Below are positions 19,370 to 28,900 of a stretch of DNA of 60,551 nucleotides, one piece after another. How positions within the stretch are numbered: position 1 is the first letter of the stretch; the number at the start of each line of letters is the position of its first letter. The stretch covers positions 1 through 60,551 of the forward strand of contig JASMGX010000001.1 in the NCBI GenBank assembly GCA_030751095.1. The letters are read 5' to 3'. Under the pieces are notes generated by a model that worked only from the letters and a program-made list of their open reading frames with translations, was not told the origin of the DNA and did not search any database. The position numbers and the translations under genes were made by a program. Source of the DNA: Pirellulales bacterium (GTDB lineage Bacteria > Planctomycetota > Planctomycetia > Pirellulales > UBA7805).

Positions 19370-22329
19370 GATCGCGGCTCCTTCACCTGCGTAGTGAGTG
19401 GTTGCTGTGTATAGAGCGTGAGGCCCGCCAGGCTGCGGCGACTCGTAGGAAGGACAAGGCTGACGACGTACCCTATGACAAAACAGGTGGCAACACCAGT
19501 CGCGCCGTACGCCCACGGGTGCAGCGGGAAGTATTGCTTGATCAAGTACTGGAGGATACCGGAGGCGATAATGCCGACGAGCGCCCCTGCGCCGCTGGCG
19601 CGTCGCGTGGCGATGCCGAGCAAAAACACCCCGCCGAGCCCGCCGCCGAACAGGCCGATGTACTTGCTGAACTCATCCCAGAGCGACTTGATATCGGGTT
19701 GCGAGGCCATCCAGAGCGCAAAGGCCATACTCAGTACGCCGATCACCACCGTAACGACCCGTGCGGTCGCGAGCGCTTTGGCCTGCGAGATGTCCTTGCC
19801 GAACCGCTGGTAAAAATCGGTGGTGAACGCGGCGGAAACGGAGTTCATCGACGAGTCGAGCGAACTCATCGCCGCGGCAAAGATCGCGGCAACGAGGAGC
19901 CCCGCGACCCCGAGGGGCATCTGCGTAACGATAAAGAGCGGGAAGATCGCACTTTCGTTCGCGAGCGTCGGGTCCATCGCGTGCGGATGCGAGCGATAAA
20001 ACGCAAAGAGCATCGAGCCGAGGCTGAAGAACAGCAGCGTCGCGGGGATGGTCAGGGCGGCGTTGGTCCAGATCGCCCGCCGGGCCCCCCGTTCGTCTTT
20101 GGTCGTAAGATACCGCTGGATCACCGTCTGATCGGTGCCATAGCTGATCAGTTGCAACCCGAAACCGCTGATGACGATGGTGAAGAATGTTGCATCTTTC
20201 CAGTCCCAGCGGAAGTCGAGCATCCGAAATTTGTCGCCCGCCTCGGCCAGCGCAAGCGTGCCGCTCCACCCCCCCTCGATCTGCATGGGGATCAGGATCA
20301 GGCACAAGAGCGCACCGCCCATCAGCACGAGTACCTGCAGCACGTCGGTCCAGATGACCGCCTCCATACCGCCCATGACGGTGTAGAGGATGCAGAGCAG
20401 GCCCATGATGGTGATGCACAGATTGATGTCGATCCCGGTGACCACACTCAAGGCGATCGACGGCAGAAACAGCACGATCCCGATCCGCCCGAACTGGAAC
20501 AGCATGAACATCGCGCTGCCGATCAAGCGGACCGGCAGGTTGAAACGCAACTCGAGGTACTCATACGCGGTAGTCACATCGAGCCGTCGGTAAAAGGGGA
20601 GGAACAGAAAGATGATCAACGGAGCGATGGCGACGATCGTCATGTTGGCCCAAAAGTAACGCCAGTCGGTCGCGAAGGTTTTGGCGGGGATCGCCATAAA
20701 CGTGAGCGCCGAGAGTTGGGTCCCAAAAATACTCACACCTGCAGCCCACCACGGAATGCGTTTGCCAGCCTTGAAAAAATCTTCCGTCGAATGCATCCGC
20801 CGCGAGAAGTAAAGTCCCATGAGGACCAGGACCAGCAGGTAGAGCCCCAGCACCGTGTAGTTCACCCGATCGAACGTGCTGCGCGAGATCGGCCTGGCCA
20901 GCAGCATCTGTCCGCTACGGACGCCGGGACGGATTTCGCCGGATGCCAGGACGATATCCTCGCCCCACCGCACCGCAGCGGTAGTGACAGGCCCCCCTTT
21001 CGCATGATGTTGCCCATCGACCGGTTCGGTGGCGGCGGGAATGGGATTTTTTAGTTTGCTCCACGTGTCGGTCACGGTGTGATACGCCAGCACATCGCGC
21101 GAAAACCCCGGGTGCTCGCTACCGCGGAGACGATTGAGTTCTTCGAGCGTGCTCGCCGCCGCCTGCTGGTTGCCTGCCGCCCGGCAGGTGTTGAGGTCCG
21201 CTTCGAGCCGAAGAATTTTTGAAAACACATCTCCGCGATCGCCACCGAACACGAGAATGTTGTATTTCCCCGATGCGAGGCCGCTACCGGCCATCACCGA
21301 ACGGGGCGCATCGCCACCAACATCGCGGAGCCTCTTCCAGCTTTTCTGTTCGGGGTCCAATGCGTAGGCGTCGGTCAGGATCACCGACTCTTCGGCGTTG
21401 CCCGGGGTGCGTCCGGAAAAGAGGTAGACGTTGTTGCGGGTGCCGTCGTTTTGGGCGGCGACGACCGGCAGGATGCGTGCCGGGCCGGGGATCGGCGGCC
21501 CGGCCTGCCACCTCCAGGGGAGGACGTTGCCCGCAGCATCTTTGGTGACGCGTGCGCGGTCCAGGTCGAGCATCCAGACCTTGTCGGTCGCGCCTGTTTG
21601 CGTGGCGCCACCGAGAACGTAGATTTTGTTGCCTACGATCGTGCCGCCGAGCATTGTGGTCGCCTGCGGGAGCGGTGGGAAGGGATGAAAATCCTCCGCA
21701 GGCTCCGGCGCCTCGGCATACCGGTTTTTGAGTCTGACCGATTCGCTCTGCGGGTCCCAGGCGAGCAGAAAAATTTGGTCCGAGGGGTGTGTGGTGCTCG
21801 TCGCCTTACCCCCGGCATCTTCGGCATAGGTTTTCCATTCACCTCCGATACAGAGCACACCTTTGGGTGTCGGGATCGACGTGCCGTAGGCGAGCGGCTG
21901 CGGCAGGTGCGTCTTGGCGACGGACCATTCGGGCGACGCACCATTTTGTTTACTCAGCACAAACACGGTGTCGTAGTAGATTTTTTGTGGCAGCTTGCCA
22001 GTCGCATCGATCGGGATCCAGGGCAGGCCATCGGGAAAATTGGCGCCGCCGGCGACGATGAGCCGGTCGTGGTGGACCCCGGCGAACGGGCCGGCCACAC
22101 CGAGTGCGGTCGACTGCTGCCCGCTGCCGTCGGGCAGTGGTGGGAGTTGGCCTTCTGCCTGCGCGTCTACCCAGTTGAGGTAGGCCGCGCCGGTTACCTT
22201 TGGCCCGGCTTCCTTTGGCCCGTTTTTCTGCGGCCTATCCTTTGGCCCGTCGGCCCAGGCAGAGACGCTCGCGAGCCACATTCCCGCTGCGAGAAAGAGG
22301 ATCGGCTTCACGATACACCTTTTACACAC
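19366..22329 (-). CDS. Fusion protein: N-terminal secreted Kelch-like / cyclically permuted mutarotase (NanM-like) domain plus C-terminal sodium:solute symporter (SSS family)
   Basis: Signal peptide (KPILFLAAGMWLASVSAWADG; alternative GTG start at 22311). The propeller region has GGANFPDGLPW and repeated G-G strand motifs (nt ~20845-22329). A ~13-TM SSS domain follows (nt 19366-~20844; FFKAGKRIPWWAAGVSIFGTQLSALTFMAIPAKTF). Confidence 0.8.
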   Translation of the reverse strand: MCKRCIVKPILFLAAGMWLASVSAWADGPKDRPQKNGPKEAGPKVTGAAYLNWVDAQAEGQLPPLPDGSGQQSTALGVAGPFAGVHHDRLIVAGGANFPDGLPWIPIDATGKLPQKIYYDTVFVLSKQNGASPEWSVAKTHLPQPLAYGTSIPTPKGVLCIGGEWKTYAEDAGGKATSTTHPSDQIFLLAWDPQSESVRLKNRYAEAPEPAEDFHPFPPLPQATTMLGGTIVGNKIYVLGGATQTGATDKVWMLDLDRARVTKDAAGNVLPWRWQAGPPIPGPARILPVVAAQNDGTRNNVYLFSGRTPGNAEESVILTDAYALDPEQKSWKRLRDVGGDAPRSVMAGSGLASGKYNILVFGGDRGDVFSKILRLEADLNTCRAAGNQQAAASTLEELNRLRGSEHPGFSRDVLAYHTVTDTWSKLKNPIPAATEPVDGQHHAKGGPVTTAAVRWGEDIVLASGEIRPGVRSGQMLLARPISRSTFDRVNYTVLGLYLLVLVLMGLYFSRRMHSTEDFFKAGKRIPWWAAGVSIFGTQLSALTFMAIPAKTFATDWRYFWANMTIVAIAPLIIFLFLPFYRRLDVTTAYEYLELRFNLPVRLIGSAMFMLFQFGRIGIVLFLPSIALSVVTGIDINLCITIMGLLCILYTVMGGMEAVIWTDVLQVLVLMGGALLCLILIPMQIEGGWSGTLALAEAGDKFRMLDFRWDWKDATFFTIVISGFGLQLISYGTDQTVIQRYLTTKDERGARRAIWTNAALTIPATLLFFSLGSMLFAFYRSHPHAMDPTLANESAIFPLFIVTQMPLGVAGLLVAAIFAAAMSSLDSSMNSVSAAFTTDFYQRFGKDISQAKALATARVVTVVIGVLSMAFALWMASQPDIKSLWDEFSKYIGLFGGGLGGVFLLGIATRRASGAGALVGIIASGILQYLIKQYFPLHPWAYGATGVATCFVIGYVVSLVLPTSRRSLAGLTLYTQQPLTTQVKEPRS

Positions 22330-22704
22330 CTTTTACGATTCTCTGTGCGCGTTTCGCTGTCGATTTTTGGAGAGTGCATCCAAACGTTACCACCGGCCAG
22401 CTACGCAGACAAGATACCGAAAAACCAGTCACCTGCGGGCCGGGAGAGCTAAAAAAGAGAGATCCTTGTGCCCTATGAATGGGAGCGGTCGCATTCGGCG
22501 ATCGGCATCGATTTTGGCCAGTCATCGCCACCAATCTACCGGATCGAAAAAATGCCGCTAAAATGAAGGGCGGTAGGGACGACCGCCAACACCCACTTCG
22601 CCCATGCCCTCGGCAACCGTAAGGTCGGGGCAACAAGGTGCGGGCAAGAAGAATCTGGATCGACTTGAGAGCGTATGAAGAAGGCATGACACAAAAATGA
22701 TTCC

Positions 22705-22777
22705 GGGGCGGTAGCTCAGTTGGGAGAGCGCTGCGTTCGCAATGCAGAGGTCGAGGGTTCAACTCCCTTCCGCTCCA
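22705..22777 (+). tRNA. tRNA-Ala (anticodon CGC)
   Basis: 73-nt cloverleaf folded by hand: acceptor GGGGCGG/CCGCTCC with the G3:U70 alanine identity pair, D stem GCTC/GAGC, anticodon stem CTGCG/TGCAG with loop TTCGCAA, 5-nt variable loop, T arm GAGGG-TTCAACT-CCCTT, discriminator A. No encoded CCA. Confidence 0.9.
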
Positions 22778-22945
22778 CTTGATGTCAAAGTCATGCCTCG
22801 AACAATTTAACCTGCACACCCCGGCTCAGGTCGCACGCAAGGCCGGCACAATCTCCGCGCGGGCCGCAACAATCGCCGGCGCAATGCCGGCAAGCAGACC
22901 GATATTCGCCGCGATCAGCAGACCCCAAAGCACCACACGCAGCGA
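22728..22945 (+). repeat. Left copy of the ~218-bp imperfect direct repeat (tRNA-Ala 3' two-thirds + spacer + ABC permease 3' end)
   Basis: Gap-free hand alignment with 34817-35034 at a constant offset of 12089. I counted about 25 mismatches in 218 positions: 4/50 in the tRNA part, 10/48 in the spacer, 11/120 in the permease part. The first ~76 nt of the permease part have only 2 mismatches. Confidence 0.85.
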
Positions 22946-22960
22946 GCCAAACCGATAAGC
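22826..22960 (-). pseudogene. Truncated 3' fragment of an FtsX-type ABC permease gene (last ~44 codons only)
   Basis: The minus-strand translation AYRFGSLRVVLWGLLIAANIGLLAGIAPAIVAARAEIVPALRAT* matches the C-terminus of the intact permease at 34915-36057 (AFTPSLRLALWGLLIAAISGLLAGIAPAIVAARAEIVTALRAT*). There is no start codon and no upstream permease sequence. The giant gene stop lies 26 nt upstream, in another frame. Confidence 0.7.
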
Positions 22961-22985
22961 AAAATGCGGTGTCTCAAAACGCAAG

Positions 22986-25900
22986 TCAGACAGCAGCGGC
23001 TCGGCGAGAAAAGAAAAAGATCACCAGTCCGGCGATGATCATGAGGAGACCTGCAAAAGGGAAGATGCAGGTCAACAGGCTGGCGAGTCCCAGCACAATC
23101 AATATCAGTGAGCCTCGGCGGTCGCCGAGCGCAGAGAGGACGCCGCGGCGGATCCAGCGGATCAAAATCAGGGCCAGGACCACGACACCGACAACCCACC
23201 CGAGCGCTATCAGACGGTCGAGCAGCGGCGTGGAGATGGTCCGCGCGCTAATTTGGGCGTTGCCGCGAGGGGTTGTGAACAGGTAGAGGTCGCCCCGCGC
23301 AGGGATCGTAACCTCAAGACTCGCCATCCCGCCAATCGAAGGTCCACCGGTCGTCGGCAAAGCTGCGTCCTGCGGACTTTCTTCCAGGTCCGCTCTAGCG
23401 ATCTCGGCGGGTTCAGGGATCTTCCCCTCCTTGCGTGCTCTTTTCTTTTTGGCCTTGCCCTTCCGACCGCCAGCCTTGCCGCCGGGTTTGTCCTGATTGG
23501 ATTGTTGTGCTTCGAGTTTTTCCTGGTAGCGGCGGGCGTTGTTCTTGGTGCTTTCGATGTCCGACTCGGGGCGATAGAGGAAACCAGAATCTCCGCCATC
23601 ACCGCCGATAACGCCACCGCCGATGCCGCCCTGCCCGCCTATCTCACTTTTTTGGATTTGGCCTTTTTGGATCGAGTCTGCAAAAAGATCTGCTTTTCCG
23701 CCGACCTTGTTGGAGGTTTTATCGGGGTCTTGCGCAACCTGATAGCGACCGGCCTGTTGGGCGGGGGCGGGGGCAGCCAGTTCGCTTTGGCTCTCTTGGC
23801 CGCCCTCTGCCGAGAGGAAACCATCACGATCCAACTCGTTTCCCACCAACCACTTTTCGTTGAATCCCCGGTCGACTGGACGCTCGGCATCATTGATTCT
23901 GCCACCGATCCTCCAACCATTTTCCAACTGTTTCAGCTCGCCATCAGCGTTCCAGTTACGGCCCGTGTCCTGCACGACATTCGAAGCCCGGTCGTTGCGT
24001 TGGGCTCGCCACGCCTCGTCCAAGCGACTGCGGTTGTCAACCGTGTCGATTGTCGCGTCCACGACGTCCGCCTTTTCCAACTTGTCCCCAACAAGGTCCC
24101 GCCAAGTGGCGTTCAGATCGACATTTTCGCTGAGTTCCTGATTTAAATGCCTTTCTTCCTGCTGGTTGATCAATTTATTGTTTTCTGCCATCAGTCCACT
24201 CGAATTCGCGATCGCCCTGGCCCTGGCGTAATCGTCATCGCCACTGAGGACCTCGGCGAGTTTTTGTAGTTGTCTTGTGTTGTAAGCTACCTGGCCCGCT
24301 GCATGGTCTGCTTCGGTCACCAGTTTCATGTCGCCACCAAAGTCGAACCAAGAATGGTTTTTCGGCAAGTAGAGCCGCACCTGGCTCGTCTCGACGTTGA
24401 TATTGACAGTATGAATCAGCGGAAAACCGACCGTGCCCAGGTTGCCAAGCGACCCGAGTGTACCCCCATATTTGAGAATTACGGCGTAGTCCTGGTCCCC
24501 CTTGGCAGTTTTGATGAGCGGGATCTGCAGCTTGGCCGCGCCGCCGGTTGCAGGCTCTTCGATAGGTTTAACGGGCTCACCCGCCACCGTGGCGGACCAG
24601 AGGTGGGCTCCGGTGGGCAGGGCGATTTCTAAAAACTGCTCGGTTTCGTTATCGAGACGATATTCCTGAACGCCACGAAAGGCACCGCTGCCATCGACAA
24701 CGAGCTGGGTCCGCGCGAGGCCAATCGAAGCGCGGGCTGTTTCGACCGCTTTGCGCTCGCGCGTCTTGAAGGTCAATTCAGCGGTGTCGGAACCTTTGCG
24801 GACGACATAGGCCAGGGTAAGCCCCTCGCCGAGCAACGCGGCAAGCTCTCGCCATTGCTGCTGCTGTCGATTGAGCACCTCCAGGCCACTGTGCTGCTCA
24901 ACCACCAGTTCGTCTCGACCTGCATTTTCGAGGACCACGAATCGACGCCTGGTCTGCCCTGTCTGAACCACAGGGATCGGCGCCGTATGGAGGCCTTCGG
25001 TCAACAGATGGTCGTGAACGATCTTGACGTCGAACTGCCCCTTGAGATCGTCTTGCAGGTCGAGCTGCACGCGGACGAGTGGCTTGCCAGCGACGGGCGT
25101 GACCGTCGTTTGCCTGAGTTGCGGGGCACTGATCCGAGCCTGCTGCATCGATTCAGGCAATAGAAAAACAACCTGGCGAATCCCGGCATCGCTGATACTG
25201 AAATCGAGCAGGATGGTTTCTTCAATGGTATTTTCAGTGATTTTCGTGTTCGTAATGGTGCGGCAGGTCACTTTGGGCTGGCGACGGGTGAAGGCAAGTG
25301 ACCCGGCATAGTCGGCATTGCGGGCACGAAGAACCAGCCTTGCCAACTCGCGTTGCTGCCGCTGGATTAGCCAACTGTAAACACTCTGCGGCAATACATT
25401 TTGGCAATTTTGTAGATTTGCTGCGCGGACTTCGTAGGCCGGATCGACCTGAAGGACAATATCGCTTTCCTGATGGTCAACGCCCAAGATCGATAATTGT
25501 GGCAGCTCAAAAGTTTTTTTGTCGGTACCACCCTGAATCGTACCGCCGATGAAGACAGGAAAATCGCCCCTCCGACCCTCGCCCAACTGGATACTCAATA
25601 CGCGTTTGCCCTCTTCCTCAGCCACCGACCACTGAAACGGCTCCGGCGCGCGGACACGGTTATTCAGCTCCAGGCCCTCCGGAAGCACGATCTTCAAGCG
25701 AAAGATTTTTCGACGTTTCACCCGATATTGGATCCGGCTCTCAAGCGTCGTTTCTCTTTGGGCGACGCCGAGGATCGATTGCACGGTGGCCGATGTCTCC
25801 GCAGTGATTTGTGCGTCCGAGAGTCCAATTTGAAACGGCGTCGAAACAAACCGATACGTCTGGTAGGGCTGGATGCCGAGCGGACTCTCTTCAGCTCCGA

Positions 25901-28900
25901 TCACCGCGGCCAGGCGGGTCGCGGCTTGATCCGAAGCATCGGTTCGTGTCGCGCCCGCGAGCTGGGTCGTCTGCAATTGCAGGATCGGGCTACGGCGAAC
26001 GGTCAGCTTGCCCCGGTGCAGTGCAGCTCCGGTGACCATGACGTTGGGAACATCAAACGGGGATACCTGCTGTTGGCCCACGGCCCGATGCTGTGAAAGT
26101 TGGATCGTAACGCTCTGCTGGCCTTGAGACGCTTTCAACAGCGTGATCTCCACCTGCTGGGTATCGCCCACTGTTTTGGCTTGCCAATTACGAACATTGT
26201 CACCCACAATTCGTTCGAGCAGATACTCTTTTGGAACGGCGATCGTGAACGAATCGCGTAAGGTCCGGCCAAAGTCGACCTGGAGGCGCCACATCAGGAA
26301 AAGACCATCTTCGCGGACATCAAATACGGCTTGGGAGTTGGCAGTCAGGGTGCGGTCGATCGCTCCCTCGGCCACCGTCGGTCGCCATTCGATCTGCAAC
26401 AACCCATCTGCGGCGAGGACTGTTTCGATCGTTTCGTTGTTTTTGGTGGTCTCGTAAGTCTTGCGGTCGGCGGCGGCCGGCATGCGGATTTCGGTCTTGG
26501 CCAGCGGAACTTCGAGCGTCAGCGCCGTCGCCGGGGAAAATGGAATGTTGCCCGAGAGCAATCGCCATCCGCCACGACGCTCCAAGGGCAAACGAACCGC
26601 CACGTCGAGCCGATGCCGCCCTTTTCCGGACGCCAAGAGTACGACCAGCGGCCGTTGTGGCCGTTGGGAGACCGCCGGGCCGGCCCGCTGCGCTTTTTTC
26701 GTCTTTTGAACATTCGCGTGGCGAAGCTGTGGGACTTGGGCAGGAGCATTCGTCGCGGCCGGGTCGGCTGCTGAGATGAATCTCAGCCGGGCCGGCTGTC
26801 CGTCAAGCTCCGCTTCGGTCAACACACCCCCAGCCAGTGCCAGCGGCACGGAGACGACGTCATCGTCGGTGAACAGATCGACATCCACCGAGCCACGGAC
26901 GAGGAGAAATGTATCTCCTTCCAATCGAGCGGAGAATGCTCCACCCGAGAGGGCGAATTTGGCCGTCTGCTCCGCGACCTCGATTTTTTTGTCCGGGTGC
27001 GCCTGGTTCCAAAGTTTCACATACTGGTCGTAAGGGACCAAAACCTTTTCCGCTTGCTCAGCCCGGGAATCGATCCCGACCCCATCGCCAACATTGTAGG
27101 GGATGATGATTGCGTCGCGCGGTATCTTGACCGGCTCCGGAGGTGGCGCGATCTGGACGATCACCGGCGGCGCGGCCTCGGAAATTGCCGAAATCGTAAT
27201 GAACAACAACAGGATCGTCGCCGTGACCGAACGGGTACCTCGCGTTGGCCGACGGCCGCAGCATTGATGAGCAAACCAGCGGAGGATTCCGACAAACAAG
27301 TAGTAGGGAATCAACAGACAGGCGGTGAAAAAGGCAACGTCAAACGAGTCGCCAAGCTGGTTGGTCCAACCCGTTATGAGCGGCACCAGGCTACTGATCA
27401 GGATGACAGCAACGAGGTAACGCGTTTTGGTCCCCACCGGTCGCCGGGTCAGGAGAAGGCCGACCAGCAGGATCGCCAGCCCGATGGCGGCAGCAAAAGA
27501 CTGAACGCGATTTTTCTCGATGAGTTTTACTCGCAGGAGCGGGTCGACACCGAGGCTCTGGAATGAAATGTCTTTAGCCGATTTTTCGGGTAGATCGATT
27601 TGCAGACTGCTGAGACCTTCCAGGGCCCAGCTGCCTGTTGTTTTTGACTTGAAATATTTCCCGGACCTGGGCGGTACGCTCCGTGTGCTGGCCCTTCCTC
27701 CGTAGGCACGAGAGCCGAAGGCAGAGGCAGAGCTCGGTTCTGCTTCTTCTAATAGATCCATTTCTTCTGTTGTTACTTCCATTTCTTCTATTTCATCTAT
27801 TTCGTCCAATGCAAATGCATCGACGTCGGAATCCTCCGCTATTTCGATCGTCAACTCTCCCCTACCCGAGCTCAAACGCTCTCTTTCTGCAAAATCCTCG
27901 GCTGCCCTGCGACTTGATTCCCTCACACTCTGTATGCTCGAGAGCATAACGAATGGCTGAAACCCTCCGGCCAGGTAATACAGGGTCCGGACGACGGCCG
28001 CTAATGGTGAGGGTCTTTGTTGAGCCTGACTGAGAAACACCGTCCCTGCCGAACTGGCAACACGGTAACCGGCAGGTAGTTGCAAGCTCCACTGGACGTC
28101 GGCGACCGGGACTTCCGCCCGCTGCCGGTCGGGAGCAGACCACAAGTAAAGTTTTGGAGCAGCCAGTTCGACCGTCCCCATCAGGCCCAACACATCCGAC
28201 GGTGTCTCGAAGACAACCTGTAGTTTCCGCACCCCAGCGGTCGTTTTTGCAGGGAGGCTCAACAGCAACCGCCGCGATTCCCGTTGCGGCTTGATCGGTT
28301 CCCCGTCCAGAAACGCAGACCAGAGGCTCGACCCGGGCGGAAGTTCAATTTCCAGGTAGGAAGCCTTGGTCCTCAACTGATAGCGAGCGACCGTCTGGCT
28401 GATGCCATCGGCACCGATCGCGGTCACCAACTCAGCACGCTCGATGATCGCGCCGGGCAAACCGTATCCCGGATGGCGAAAGACGTTGATCTTGATATCG
28501 GCCTTTCCCCCACCGTAGGCGTAGGCACCGAGCAGCCGGGGACCGGGCAGGTACTCGGCGGCGGAGAGTTCTCCCACGTCAACCTCTCTGGCGGTCGTCA
28601 CCACCTGCACATCGAGTTCCGGGCTCCCCTCCACGGCAACGTGGCCCGATTGGAATGCCACGTCAACGGCTGCAATCAGCGGCAACGGCAGATTTTTCGG
28701 TTCTTCCGACTCAAGCCGCTGCAAAAAATCGACGGCCAGGCGAATGTGGCCACGGCGGCGCTGGGCCAACAAAACCGTCCAGCGTCGCACGCCGCCGGTA
28801 AGCTGGCTGCTGAATTCCTTCAACGCAGCACCGTCCATCCCCTGGATCGAGATGGAGTCGGGCGTGTCGGCGGGCAACTCGACGATGAGCTTGCGAACGC

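Noticed and set aside
22322-22819. 165-aa minus-strand ORF spanning the tRNA-Ala
   Set aside because: It overlaps the tRNA gene on the opposite strand and has no protein-like features.
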